Shown here piece after piece: positions 18,696 through 31,131 of a DNA stretch of 64,000 nucleotides. A program made the position numbers and the translations under genes. This DNA comes from Candidatus Nanopelagicales bacterium. GTDB taxonomy: Bacteria > Actinomycetota > Actinomycetes > S36-B12 > UBA5976. The notes beneath the pieces were generated by a model, which saw nothing but the letters and a program-made list of their open reading frames with translations, made no database searches and was not told where the DNA came from. Numbering within the stretch: the stretch's first letter is position 1; each line of letters begins with the position of its first letter. Where the stretch lies: contig JBDNJO010000021.1 of assembly GCA_041687715.1 (NCBI GenBank), positions 4,895 to 68,894 on the forward strand, written 5' to 3'.

Positions 18696-18984
18696 ATGCA
18701 ATCTTTTTTGTTTTCTTTTTTACTGTAGGTCCATAGCGTTGCCTGGCAGCTTCACCGGTCGTGCCAAGTATTTGGCCGATTAATTTCCAAGACATATTCT
18801 CCAGTCGGGCCTTTGTTACAAGTTCAGCAATTGAATTTTCCAGAACTGATTTTTGTTGGCCAGCAGACCAAAGGGCCTTAATGGTTTCAAGTTCAATCCC
18901 ATCCTCAGTGTCAGTTGGAAAATCTTGAAACTGCTGGGCATAAAAATCACCTTGCTTAATTAATTCTGCTAATGACCTAGGCAT
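18694..18984 (-). CDS. Small protein with a C-terminal HTH; putative antitoxin/autoregulator of a TA-like pair
   Basis: 96 aa. ARLENMSWKLIGQILGTTGEAARQRYGP is an HTH of the 'SW..IG..LG.S..AA.QR(F/Y)G' type common in actinobacterial antitoxin-like proteins (from memory). Its ATG overlaps the reading frame of the upstream ORF. Confidence 0.5.
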   Translation of the reverse strand: MPRSLAELIKQGDFYAQQFQDFPTDTEDGIELETIKALWSAGQQKSVLENSIAELVTKARLENMSWKLIGQILGTTGEAARQRYGPTVKKKTKKIA

Positions 18985-19216
18985 TTTTTTTCACGAATCC
19001 TTTTCGTAATCGCATGGCATGAACTATCGATCAATCATCATCAATTTCGACGATACCCAATTCGAGCAAGGCGCCATTTTGAGTTGGATCAACGTAGACC
19101 AATCCGTCTTTTGTATGCCTGCGAACTTCGATGACATTTCGAAATGCGTGGCGGATGTCTTGTTCTCGAATTCCATGCTTGTAAGCGCTTGGAAATATGT
19201 GCGATTCACTTGACAC
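18977..19216 (-). pseudogene. Small toxin-like ORF interrupted by an in-frame TGA (19033-19031). The open part, 19031-19216, is 61 aa.
   Basis: GTG start at 19216. MSSESHIFPSAYKHGIREQDIRHAFRNVIEV...ALLELGIVEIDDD-TGA-SIVHAMRLRKGFVKKNA-TAG. The extended frame ends at 18977-18979 and overlaps the next gene's ATG (AATGCCTAG). Confidence 0.45.
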
Positions 19217-19221
19217 GCTGA

Positions 19222-19261
19222 CAAGTTAACTTGCATGAAATTACTATAGCAAGTTAACTTG
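19222..19261. promoter_or_regulatory. Twin perfect 12-bp palindromes CAAGTTAACTTG, a putative operator pair overlapping the cassette promoter
   Basis: Copies at 19222-19233 and 19250-19261, 28 bp centre to centre. Together they form a 15-nt inverted repeat GACAAGTTAACTTGC/GCAAGTTAACTTGTC. On the - strand: TTGACA (19265-19260), 16 nt, TAATTT (19243-19238). Confidence 0.55.
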
Positions 19262-19276
19262 TCAAAGTGTGGATAA

Positions 19277-19509
19277 GTTGGTGGGGTTGTGAGTTCGCTT
19301 TGGCTATCCGTTTTGACTCAGAGGCCCACCAACACTTAAAGTTCAAGAGAACAAACCGAAGACCGCCGGTCCTTCTGGGAAACCAGAAAGGCTAAGGCTC
19401 TTGAAGACGGAGCGCCAGCGCAGGTGATGTAAGAGAAACAACTTTCCAGTTGTATTCCTGCCTCGCATGCGCGGGGCTTTTTTCATGGGCCAATTACCTA
19501 AGGAGCACC
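19277..19509 (+). promoter_or_regulatory. rplJ 5' leader (L10-leader type) ending in an attenuator hairpin
   Basis: Structured ~230-nt untranslated region. Long-range stem GTTGGTGGG (19277-85) / CCCACCAAC (19325-33). Terminator-like hairpin 19460-19483, then SD AAGGAG and the ATG. Position and architecture fit the ribosomal L10 leader class. No covariance search was run. Confidence 0.55.
19460..19483 (+). terminator. Leader attenuator/terminator hairpin upstream of rplJ
   Basis: GCCTCGC-ATGC-GCGGGGC (7 bp including one G-U pair) followed by TTTTTT, 27 nt before the rplJ ATG. Confidence 0.6.
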
Positions 19510-20199
19510 ATGGCACGCGCTGACAAGGCCGCTGCAGTAGCGCAGATCACGGAAGAATTTCGTGCGTCCAATGCAACTGTCCTGACCGAGTACCGCGGAT
19601 TGTCTGTGGGTCAACTCAAGCAACTTCGCCGTTCGCTTGGACAAGACACCACTTACGCCGTTGTTAAGAACACGCTGACAAAAATCGCAGCGAAGGATGC
19701 TGGTGTTGTAGGTTTCGACGACTTGCTTGTTGGACCAACTGCAATTGCATTCATCAAGGGTGACGCAGTCGCTGCTGCAAAGGGCATCGATACTTTCGCC
19801 AACGAAAATCCAATGCTTGTTATCAAGGGCGGAATGATGGATGGAAAAATCCTCACCGCTGCTGACATCAAGAAGTTGGCAAAGCTCGAGTCTCGCGAAG
19901 TACTTCTGTCCAGAATTGCTGGCGCTGCAAATGCAACGCTTGCCAAGGCAGCATCACTTTTCCAGGCTCCGCTATCACAGGCCGCTCGTACTATCGCTGC
20001 GCTTGAAGCCAAGGGGGGCGCTGCAGGTGAAACTGCTGCACCCGCTCCAGCTCCAGTCGCTGAAGTAGTCGAGGAAGTTGTAACTGAGGCTCCTGCCGAA
20101 GAAACAGCAGAAGCACCAAACGAAGAAACAGCAGAAGCATCCGCTGAAGCGCTCGAAGCCGAAGCTGCACCAGCAGCCGAGGAATCAACTGAGGGCTAG
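19510..20199 (+). CDS. rplJ: 50S ribosomal protein L10 with a ~55-aa Ala/Glu/Pro-rich C-terminal tail
   Basis: [41 protein letters not shown]. The track ORF (19450) starts upstream at a TTG inside the leader hairpin; ATG 19510 has the SD AAGGAG. Confidence 0.95.
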   Translation: MARADKAAAVAQITEEFRASNATVLTEYRGLSVGQLKQLRRSLGQDTTYAVVKNTLTKIAAKDAGVVGFDDLLVGPTAIAFIKGDAVAAAKGIDTFANENPMLVIKGGMMDGKILTAADIKKLAKLESREVLLSRIAGAANATLAKAASLFQAPLSQAARTIAALEAKGGAAGETAAPAPAPVAEVVEEVVTEAPAEETAEAPNEETAEASAEALEAEAAPAAEESTEG

Positions 20200-20255
20200 G
20201 CCCCTCTCAGCACGAATTAACCGGGCCTAACGCCCCAAACCGGAAGGAAGCCATA

Positions 20256-20642
20256 ATGGCAAAGCTAAGCACCGATCAGTTGATCGACGCATTCAAGGAA
20301 CTAACACTGATCGAACTTTCTGAGTTCGTTTCACAGTTTGAAGAAGTATTCAACGTAACCGCAGCTGCTCCAGTAGCTATGGCTGCTGCACCAGCAGCAG
20401 GCGGCGGCGACGGCGGCGCAGCATCAGAACAGGATGAATTCGATGTCATCCTTGAAGAAGGCGGCGCACAGAAGATTGCAGTTATCAAGGAAGTTCGTGC
20501 CTTGACAAACCTAGGTCTTAAAGAAGCAAAAGATCTTGTAGAAGCAGCACCGAAACCAGTTCTAGAAAAGGTTAAGAAAGATGCAGCTGAAGCAGCAAAG
20601 GCAACTCTAGAAGCAGCCGGCGCAAAGGTCACAATCAAGTAA
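20256..20642 (+). CDS. rplL: 50S ribosomal protein L7/L12
   Basis: [25 protein letters not shown]...[19 protein letters not shown]...AGAKVTIK. Confidence 0.97.
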   Translation: MAKLSTDQLIDAFKELTLIELSEFVSQFEEVFNVTAAAPVAMAAAPAAGGGDGGAASEQDEFDVILEEGGAQKIAVIKEVRALTNLGLKEAKDLVEAAPKPVLEKVKKDAAEAAKATLEAAGAKVTIK

Positions 20643-20694
20643 GTAGTTATTTAATTGTGGTATTTACTTAAAAAACAAGTACGCAGCAAAACCT

Positions 20695-20729
20695 AAAAAG
20701 GTGGTTCCCTCGGGGGAGCCACCTTTTTT
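20695..20729 (+). terminator. Intrinsic terminator after rplL
   Basis: AAAAAGGTGGTTCCC-TCG-GGGAGCCACCTTTTTT (one G-U pair). Confidence 0.8.
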
Positions 20730-21130
20730 GTTGGAAAAAAATAAGTTTGATTAATAGTTAGTTTGTTTGTGAAAGTTTTCCCAATCAAAACAAGTTCAAC
20801 ATTCGCAACATAAATTAGCCCAAAAATAACGCCTTGATCACAGCCCTCCCTGGATGCTTGACAGGTGTGCGAATCTGAGCCACGATTGTCTAGCAAGTTA
20901 AAAAATGCAGACTTACTCCTGAAACGATGATTTCGGTCTGACGCACTTGGTACTAGCTGTCCGAGTCAGTGCAGAGGTCCGAAAATCGAGGGTTTATAGG
21001 AATTTTGAGTTCGCATTGGACAGTGGCTGCCGCCTCTAGGTATGCTACAGATTCGCCGTGCCTTAAACCACCTGTCATTTGTGTACCCCAATTTGACTAG
21101 GTTGCTTTAGCGTGCGGACATACAGCTAGC

Positions 21131-24100
21131 TTGGAAGGACGACTGTTGGCCGCCTCACGCACTCACTCCCGCAGTTCCACAGGCCCAAAGCGGGTCTCAT
21201 TCGCAAAGATTCGTGAACCGTTAGAAGTTCCTAATCTCCTTGATCTACAAGTTGAGTCATTTGACTGGTTACTTGGCAATCAAGTGTGGAAGGACCGCGT
21301 CGCAGCGGCACTGGAATCTGGTAACAACGAAATCCCTCAGACTCACGGTTTGCAGGATGTCTTCGATGAGATCAGCCCAATTGAGGATTACAACGGCACT
21401 ATGTCGTTGACATTCACTGAGCCAAGCTTGGAAGACACTAAGTACACCGAAGATGAATGCCGCGAGAAAGATTTAACTTTCGCGCAGCCGCTTTACGTCA
21501 ACGCAGAATTCATGAATAACGAGACTGGCGAAATTAAGAGCCAGACCGTATTCATGGGCGACTTCCCAATCATGACCAGCAAGGGAACTTTCATCATCAA
21601 CGGCACCGAGCGCGTTGTAGTTTCCCAGCTAGTTCGTTCCCCAGGTGTTTACTTCGAGCGCACGCTTGATAAGGCAACTGACAAGGATGTTTACACAACC
21701 AAAATTATTCCTAGCCGTGGCGCCTGGATGGAATTTGAAGTTGATAAGAAAGACATGGTTGGTGTTCGCATTGACCGTAAGCGTAAGCAGCCAGTAACTA
21801 TTTTCTTGAAGGCACTCGGTATTACAAACGAGCAGATTCGCGAACAGTTCGGCGCTTACGAATCAATGATGGCAACTCTTGACAAAGATACGACCACCAC
21901 ACAGGATGAGGCCCTGTTAGATCTGTATCGCAAACTTCGACCAGGTGAACCACCGACTGTTGAAGCATCACGCAACTTGCTACAAAACTTCTTCTTCAAC
22001 GAGAAGCGTTACGACCTTGCAAAGGTTGGCCGTTACAAGGTCAACAAGAAGCTTGGTCTTGATACCGATCCAATTAAAACTGTTTTGGATATCAACGACG
22101 TATTAGCAACTATTGAATACTTAGTTCGTTTGCATGCAGGTGAAACTGAATTCGCGTCAGCACGCGGTGCAACTCGTGTTGAAGTAGATGACATTGACCA
22201 TTTTGGTAACCGTCGCCTTCGCACAGTTGGTGAATTGATTCAGAATCAGATCCGCACTGGGTTATCTCGTATGGAGCGAGTAGTTCGCGAACGTATGACA
22301 ACTCAGGATCCAGAAGCAATCACACCGCTTACTTTGATCAACACTCGTCCAGTAATTGCATCGATCAAGGAGTTCTTCGGAACTTCCCAACTTTCGCAGT
22401 TCATGGATCAGACCAACCCACTTTCTGGCCTAACCCACAAGCGTCGTCTTTCAGCGCTTGGACCCGGCGGTCTTTCACGTGAGCGCGCAGGCTTCGAAGT
22501 TCGCGACGTTCACCCGTCGCACTACGGCCGGATGTGTCCAATTGAAACTCCAGAAGGTCCAAACATTGGTCTTATTGGTTCGCTTGCATCGTATGCACGC
22601 ATCAATGCATTTGGTTTCGTTGAGACTCCTTACCGCAAGGTAATCAAGGGCAAGGTATCGGACAAGATTCAGTACCTAACAGCTGACGAAGAAGATGTTC
22701 ACGTTATTGCGCAGGCAAACTCGCTGCTAAATGATGACAACACTTTCCAAGACACCAAGGTTTTGGTTCGCACCAAGGGTGGCGAAGTTGACTACGTACC
22801 TGGTACTGAAGTTGATTTCATGGACGTGTCACCACGTCAGATGGTTTCTGTTGCAACTGCAATGATTCCGTTCCTTGAGCACGATGATGCAAACCGCGCA
22901 CTTATGGGTGCGAACATGCAACGTCAGGCTGTGCCATTGCTTCGCAGTGAATCACCATATGTTGGAACCGGTATGGAATACCGCGCTGCAAAGGATGCCG
23001 GCGATGTAATCGTGGCAACTGGCGCTGGCGTTGTTTCCGAAGTTTCAGCTGACTCAATCACAGTTCAAGAAGATGGTGGCAAGCACCTTACTTATGCGGT
23101 GCGTAAGTTTGATCGCTCAAACCAAGGCACTTGTTACAACCAGCGCCCAATCGTCAGTGAAGGCGATCGGGTTGAATCCGGTCAGGTAATTGCTGATGGA
23201 CCGTGTACTGAAAACGGCGAAATGGCTCTTGGTCGTAACCTGCTTGTGGCATTCATGCCATGGGAAGGCCTTAACTACGAAGATGCGATCATCCTTAACC
23301 AGCGTCTTGTGCAAGATGACGTGCTTTCTTCAATTCACATTGAAGAGCATGAAATTGATGCGCGCGACACCAAGCTTGGTCCAGAGGAAATCACTCGCGA
23401 TCTGCCGAACCTTTCAGATGAAGTTCTTGCTGACCTAGATGAGCGCGGAATTATCCGCATCGGTGCTGACGTTGTACCGGGCGACTTGTTGGTCGGAAAA
23501 GTTACACCTAAGGGTGAAACAGAGCTAACTCCAGAAGAGCGTCTACTTCGCGCAATCTTTGGCGAGAAAGCTCGCGAAGTTCGAGATACTTCACTCAAGG
23601 TGCCACACGGTGAATCCGGAAAAGTTATTGGCGTTCGCGTCTTTGACTCATCCGAAGGTGATGACCTGCCACCAGGTGTTAACCAGATCGTTCGTGTTTA
23701 CATTGCACAGAAGCGCAAAATTACTGAAGGTGACAAACTTGCTGGCCGCCATGGCAACAAGGGCGTTATCTCCAAGATTCTTCCACCAGAAGATATGCCA
23801 TTCCTTGAAGATGGAACTCCAGTTGATGTTGTCTTGAACCCACTTGGTGTTCCGGGACGTATGAACATCGGTCAGATTCTGGAAGTTCACCTTGGTTGGA
23901 TCGCATCACGCGGTTGGGATATCGAGGGCGACCCAGAATGGGCAAAGCATCTTGTTAAAGAAGCGCGTTCGGTTGAGCCAGGTTCAAAGTTGGCCACACC
24001 GGTCTTCGATGGGGCTAAGGAAGATGAAATTGGCGGACTGCTTGCTTCAACTCGTAAGACTGCAGATGGCCTAAGCCTTGTTGGTGTAAATGGAAAGGCC

Positions 24101-24607
24101 AAGTTATTTGATGGCCGTTCCGGTGAACCATTCCCGGGCGAGATCTCAGTTGGCTACATGTACATCTTGAAACTTCACCACTTGGTGGATGACAAGATTC
24201 ACGCACGCTCAACTGGTCCTTACTCAATGATCACGCAGCAACCTTTGGGTGGTAAAGCTCAGTTCGGTGGCCAGCGCTTCGGAGAAATGGAAGTTTGGGC
24301 ACTTGAGGCTTACGGCGCATCGTATGCACTTCAGGAATTGTTGACTATCAAGTCTGACGATGTCCTTGGTCGCGTTCGTGTGTACGAAGCAATCGTCAAG
24401 GGTGAAAACATTCCAGAGCCAGGTATCCCTGAATCATTCAAAGTACTTATCAAGGAAATGCAATCACTATGTCTGAATGTGGAAGTTCTCTCAAGTGATG
24501 GCTCTGCTATCGAATTGCGAGACACCGCGGAAGAAGTATTCCGCACCGCTGAAGAACTTGGAATCGACCTGTCGCGCCGTGAGTCGCTCAGCGTCGAAGA
24601 ACTCTGA
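21131..24607 (+). CDS. rpoB: DNA-directed RNA polymerase subunit beta
   Basis: TTG start. LEGRLLAAS...[27 protein letters not shown] parallels the mycobacterial RpoB N-terminus. 1158 aa. Confidence 0.98.
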   Translation: MEGRLLAASRTHSRSSTGPKRVSFAKIREPLEVPNLLDLQVESFDWLLGNQVWKDRVAAALESGNNEIPQTHGLQDVFDEISPIEDYNGTMSLTFTEPSLEDTKYTEDECREKDLTFAQPLYVNAEFMNNETGEIKSQTVFMGDFPIMTSKGTFIINGTERVVVSQLVRSPGVYFERTLDKATDKDVYTTKIIPSRGAWMEFEVDKKDMVGVRIDRKRKQPVTIFLKALGITNEQIREQFGAYESMMATLDKDTTTTQDEALLDLYRKLRPGEPPTVEASRNLLQNFFFNEKRYDLAKVGRYKVNKKLGLDTDPIKTVLDINDVLATIEYLVRLHAGETEFASARGATRVEVDDIDHFGNRRLRTVGELIQNQIRTGLSRMERVVRERMTTQDPEAITPLTLINTRPVIASIKEFFGTSQLSQFMDQTNPLSGLTHKRRLSALGPGGLSRERAGFEVRDVHPSHYGRMCPIETPEGPNIGLIGSLASYARINAFGFVETPYRKVIKGKVSDKIQYLTADEEDVHVIAQANSLLNDDNTFQDTKVLVRTKGGEVDYVPGTEVDFMDVSPRQMVSVATAMIPFLEHDDANRALMGANMQRQAVPLLRSESPYVGTGMEYRAAKDAGDVIVATGAGVVSEVSADSITVQEDGGKHLTYAVRKFDRSNQGTCYNQRPIVSEGDRVESGQVIADGPCTENGEMALGRNLLVAFMPWEGLNYEDAIILNQRLVQDDVLSSIHIEEHEIDARDTKLGPEEITRDLPNLSDEVLADLDERGIIRIGADVVPGDLLVGKVTPKGETELTPEERLLRAIFGEKAREVRDTSLKVPHGESGKVIGVRVFDSSEGDDLPPGVNQIVRVYIAQKRKITEGDKLAGRHGNKGVISKILPPEDMPFLEDGTPVDVVLNPLGVPGRMNIGQILEVHLGWIASRGWDIEGDPEWAKHLVKEARSVEPGSKLATPVFDGAKEDEIGGLLASTRKTADGLSLVGVNGKAKLFDGRSGEPFPGEISVGYMYILKLHHLVDDKIHARSTGPYSMITQQPLGGKAQFGGQRFGEMEVWALEAYGASYALQELLTIKSDDVLGRVRVYEAIVKGENIPEPGIPESFKVLIKEMQSLCLNVEVLSSDGSAIELRDTAEEVFRTAEELGIDLSRRESLSVEEL

Positions 24608-24659
24608 TCCCGGTCAGAACAGACAACCCGAAACTTAACTGGAAATAGAGGAACTCAAA

Positions 24660-28508
<3,849 letters not shown>

Positions 28509-28521
28509 TAAGTAATACTCA

Positions 28522-28560
28522 AAACAAGGCCGAGCAGAAATGCCCGGCCTTGTTTGTTTT
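28522..28560 (+). terminator. Intrinsic terminator after rpoC
   Basis: AAACAAGGCCG...CGGCCTTGTTT stem followed by GTTTT. Confidence 0.7.
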
Positions 28561-28858
28561 ACTGCGTATTTGATGCTGCGAACTCTTTGCAGAAACAAAA
28601 TTCGTTCAGGACTTTGTTTTGAATGTGTGCCAGATTAAGGCTCATGTTGAAACGGCCGCTACTCACTAAGCGCTTGCACATCGACAATATGTCGACAACA
28701 TCATCACTGTGTATTTAGGTCGCTAATCCACTCGGGTAATTAAGCGACCCACTGTTTGCCATGAACTGCCATCGATCTGGTTGTAAATATGGTGAATGCA
28801 TCATAAGAAAATTTTGATAATTATCCATAACAATTAACCCTCAGAAAAAGGACTAGAC

Positions 28859-29350
28859 GTGTCAGTTACTAATGAATATTTGGAAAACAATCGCAAGTAC
28901 GCAGAATCATTTTCCGGACCACTCCCACTCCCACCATCACGAAACGTTGCAGTCCTTGCCTGCATGGATGCGCGCCTTGATGTCTACGGCGCACTGGGTC
29001 TAGGCCAAGGCGAATCACATGTGATTCGTAATGCTGGTGGTGTGGTTACGGCGGATGAAATTCGATCCCTGGCAATTAGTCAGCGTTTGCTGGGTACTAA
29101 AGAAATTATTTTGATCCATCACACAGATTGTGGAATGCTCACTTTCACTGATGATGAATTTAAAGCAGGCATCCACGCCGAAGTCGGTCAGAAGCCAGAA
29201 TGGGCAGCTGAGTCATTTAGTGATTTAGATGCTGATGTTCGCCAGTCGATCGCTCGAATCAAGAACAGCCCATACATTCCCTATCGCGACCAAGTACGTG
29301 GCTTTATTTTTGACGTGGCAACTGGACTACTTCATGAAGTAGCCGCCTAA
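28859..29350 (+). CDS. Beta-class carbonic anhydrase
   Basis: 163 aa, GTG start with SD AAGGA. CMDARLDVYGALGL...HVIRNAGG...IHHTDCGM (Cys-Asp-Arg ... His-x-x-Cys zinc ligands). Confidence 0.88.
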   Translation: MSVTNEYLENNRKYAESFSGPLPLPPSRNVAVLACMDARLDVYGALGLGQGESHVIRNAGGVVTADEIRSLAISQRLLGTKEIILIHHTDCGMLTFTDDEFKAGIHAEVGQKPEWAAESFSDLDADVRQSIARIKNSPYIPYRDQVRGFIFDVATGLLHEVAA

Positions 29351-29367
29351 GCAACATCCTTAACTAC

Positions 29368-29404
29368 AAATCTGGGCCGAGGAGCAATCCTCGGTCCAGA
29401 TTTT
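29368..29404 (+). terminator. Intrinsic terminator after the carbonic anhydrase gene
   Basis: 16-bp stem AAATCTGGGCCGAGGA / TCCTCGGTCCAGATTT (one G-U pair), loop GCAA, T-rich 3' side. Confidence 0.8.
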
Positions 29405-29449
29405 GTTAATCTTCAATTCTTATTCCACTAGATGTGACAGGTTTAAGTC

Positions 29450-29872
29450 ATGACAAAACCACGTGCTTACATCGCCGGACCGCTATTTGATGAGGGGGAA
29501 AGGTGGTTCATCGAGAAAATTGAAGCGATGGTCAGTGAGGCTGGATTTGAAACTTTTTTACCGCATCGCGACAATCCACCAAAAGTTCAAGACAATGTTC
29601 AAGAAATTTTCGCTAATGACAAACAAGGAATAGATACCTGCGACGTAGTTGTTGCTAATTTGAACGGCATCACCACAGACGATGGCACAGCATGGGAATT
29701 GGGTTATGCGTATGCAAAAGGCAAATACCTAATTGGGCTGCACACAGATTGGCGCGCCCGATTTGAGCACGAAGTGGTAAATCTGATGATTGAAACCTCG
29801 CTCAACGAACTGGTTCGAACCCAAAAGGACTTAAAACTCGCCCTAGCGAACTGGAAAGCAATAAAACCATAG
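29450..29872 (+). CDS. Nucleoside 2-deoxyribosyltransferase-family protein
   Basis: 140 aa. AYIAGPLFDEGERWF...VVANLNGITTDDGTAWELGYAYAKGK, the family Rossmann-like fold with the D..GT..E.G motif. Confidence 0.75.
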   Translation: MTKPRAYIAGPLFDEGERWFIEKIEAMVSEAGFETFLPHRDNPPKVQDNVQEIFANDKQGIDTCDVVVANLNGITTDDGTAWELGYAYAKGKYLIGLHTDWRARFEHEVVNLMIETSLNELVRTQKDLKLALANWKAIKP

Positions 29873-30234
29873 GTTTTTGCGACTTTCGACCCAAAACTGT
29901 CCCATCAAGCAAATCAGCCCAAAATGCCCGATTTCAGGTCGCGACACGCCGTCCGCGTGGGTGGGGAGCGGCCTCGTTTTGACCTTTAACCATAAGTGTG
30001 GGTAATGTTTGACCTTGTGCCTAACGAAAGTTAGGTTTCGCATCTATGCCTAGGGCTTCCCCGTCGGCGCAGTGTTCGCTAGACAGGCTCCTTTTGTAAG
30101 GAAATGTCTTGTAATCCGCGCTGAATGGAGCAACACACCCGACCGCGTGGGTCGGAGCTAGTGGCGGCAGCGCCATCACAGTAAACGTTTGAAAGTTGGG
30201 CGAGAGATCGCGCAACTTGGATGAAGGAGAACGA

Positions 30235-30609
30235 GTGCCAACGATCCAACAGTTGGTCCGCAAGGGCCGACAGGACAAGGTCACCAAGAACACGACGCCT
30301 GCTCTTAAGGGCAGTCCGCAACGCCGCGGCGTTTGCACGCGTGTTTACACGACTACACCTAAGAAGCCGAACTCTGCGCTTCGCAAGGTTGCTCGTGTGC
30401 GTTTGACCAGTGGCGCTGAAGTTACTGCATACATCCCAGGTGAAGGTCACAACCTCCAAGAGCACTCAATCGTGCTGGTTCGTGGTGGACGTGTTAAGGA
30501 TCTTCCCGGCGTACGTTACAAAATTATCCGTGGCGCTCTTGATACCCAGGGCGTAAAAAACCGTAAGCAGTCTCGTAGCCGTTACGGCGCGAAGAAGGAG
30601 AAGAGCTGA
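30235..30609 (+). CDS. rpsL: 30S ribosomal protein S12
   Basis: GTG 30235 after [26 protein letters not shown]...[16 protein letters not shown]. The track ORF start (30196) is an upstream extension. Confidence 0.97.
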   Translation: MPTIQQLVRKGRQDKVTKNTTPALKGSPQRRGVCTRVYTTTPKKPNSALRKVARVRLTSGAEVTAYIPGEGHNLQEHSIVLVRGGRVKDLPGVRYKIIRGALDTQGVKNRKQSRSRYGAKKEKS

Positions 30610-30610
30610 T

Positions 30611-31081
30611 ATGCCACGTAAAGGTCCAGCTCCCAAGCGACCAATTATTGTTGACCCGGTTTACCAGTCACCAGTAGTTACCCAGCTTGTTAACAAGATT
30701 TTGCTGCATGGCAAGAAGTCCACTGCGGAATCAATCGTGTACGGCGCGCTTTCGGGTTGCGCAGAAAAGACTGGCGCAGATCCAGTTCAGACACTTCGCC
30801 GGGCACTAGATAACGTTCGCCCAACACTTGAAGTTCGTAGTCGTCGTGTTGGTGGCGCAACCTACCAGGTGCCGATTGAAGTTAAGCCAGGTCGCGCAAA
30901 CACACTTGCACTTCGCTGGTTAGTTGGATACTCCCGTGCTCGTCGCGAGAAGACCATGACAGAGCGTTTGATGAACGAAATTCTTGACGCATCAAATGGT
31001 CTTGGCGCAGCTGTTAAGAAGCGCGAAGACACTCACAAGATGGCTGAAAGCAACAAGGCCTTCGCGCATTACCGCTGGTAA
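30611..31081 (+). CDS. rpsG: 30S ribosomal protein S7
   Basis: [40 protein letters not shown]. Confidence 0.97.
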   Translation: MPRKGPAPKRPIIVDPVYQSPVVTQLVNKILLHGKKSTAESIVYGALSGCAEKTGADPVQTLRRALDNVRPTLEVRSRRVGGATYQVPIEVKPGRANTLALRWLVGYSRARREKTMTERLMNEILDASNGLGAAVKKREDTHKMAESNKAFAHYRW

Positions 31082-31131
31082 TCCAAGAACATTTAAATTT
31101 AAGAAACTAGAACAAGAGACGAGATAAGTAA

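Noticed and set aside
19031-19033. TGA as a selenocysteine codon.
   Set aside because: I saw no SECIS-like hairpin immediately downstream and no sel genes in the window. A small toxin-like protein is an implausible selenoprotein, so a nonsense mutation or a sequencing error is simpler.
19024-19236. Alternative 70-aa minus-strand frame, and the 19019-19213 plus-strand frame, over the toxin-like ORF.
   Set aside because: The translations (MQVNLSACQVNRTYFQ..., MNYRSIIINFDD...) have no motifs. The chosen frame has family-like motifs and a coupled downstream gene.
19450-19509. Upstream N-terminal extensions offered by the ORF track for rplJ (19450), rpsL (30196), rpsJ (34614), rpmC (39332), infA (46855), the ABM gene (53231), glmS (58688), the DUF3817 gene (2661) and the DUF4307 gene (989).
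   Set aside because: Internal starts reproduce the canonical family N-termini, have SD sequences or stop/start overlaps, and avoid overlap with leaders or neighbouring genes.
20693-20896. 67-aa minus-strand ORF in the rplL-rpoB spacer.
   Set aside because: It runs through the rplL terminator hairpin, has no SD and no recognisable motif. The region is more plausibly the rpoB promoter and 5' UTR.
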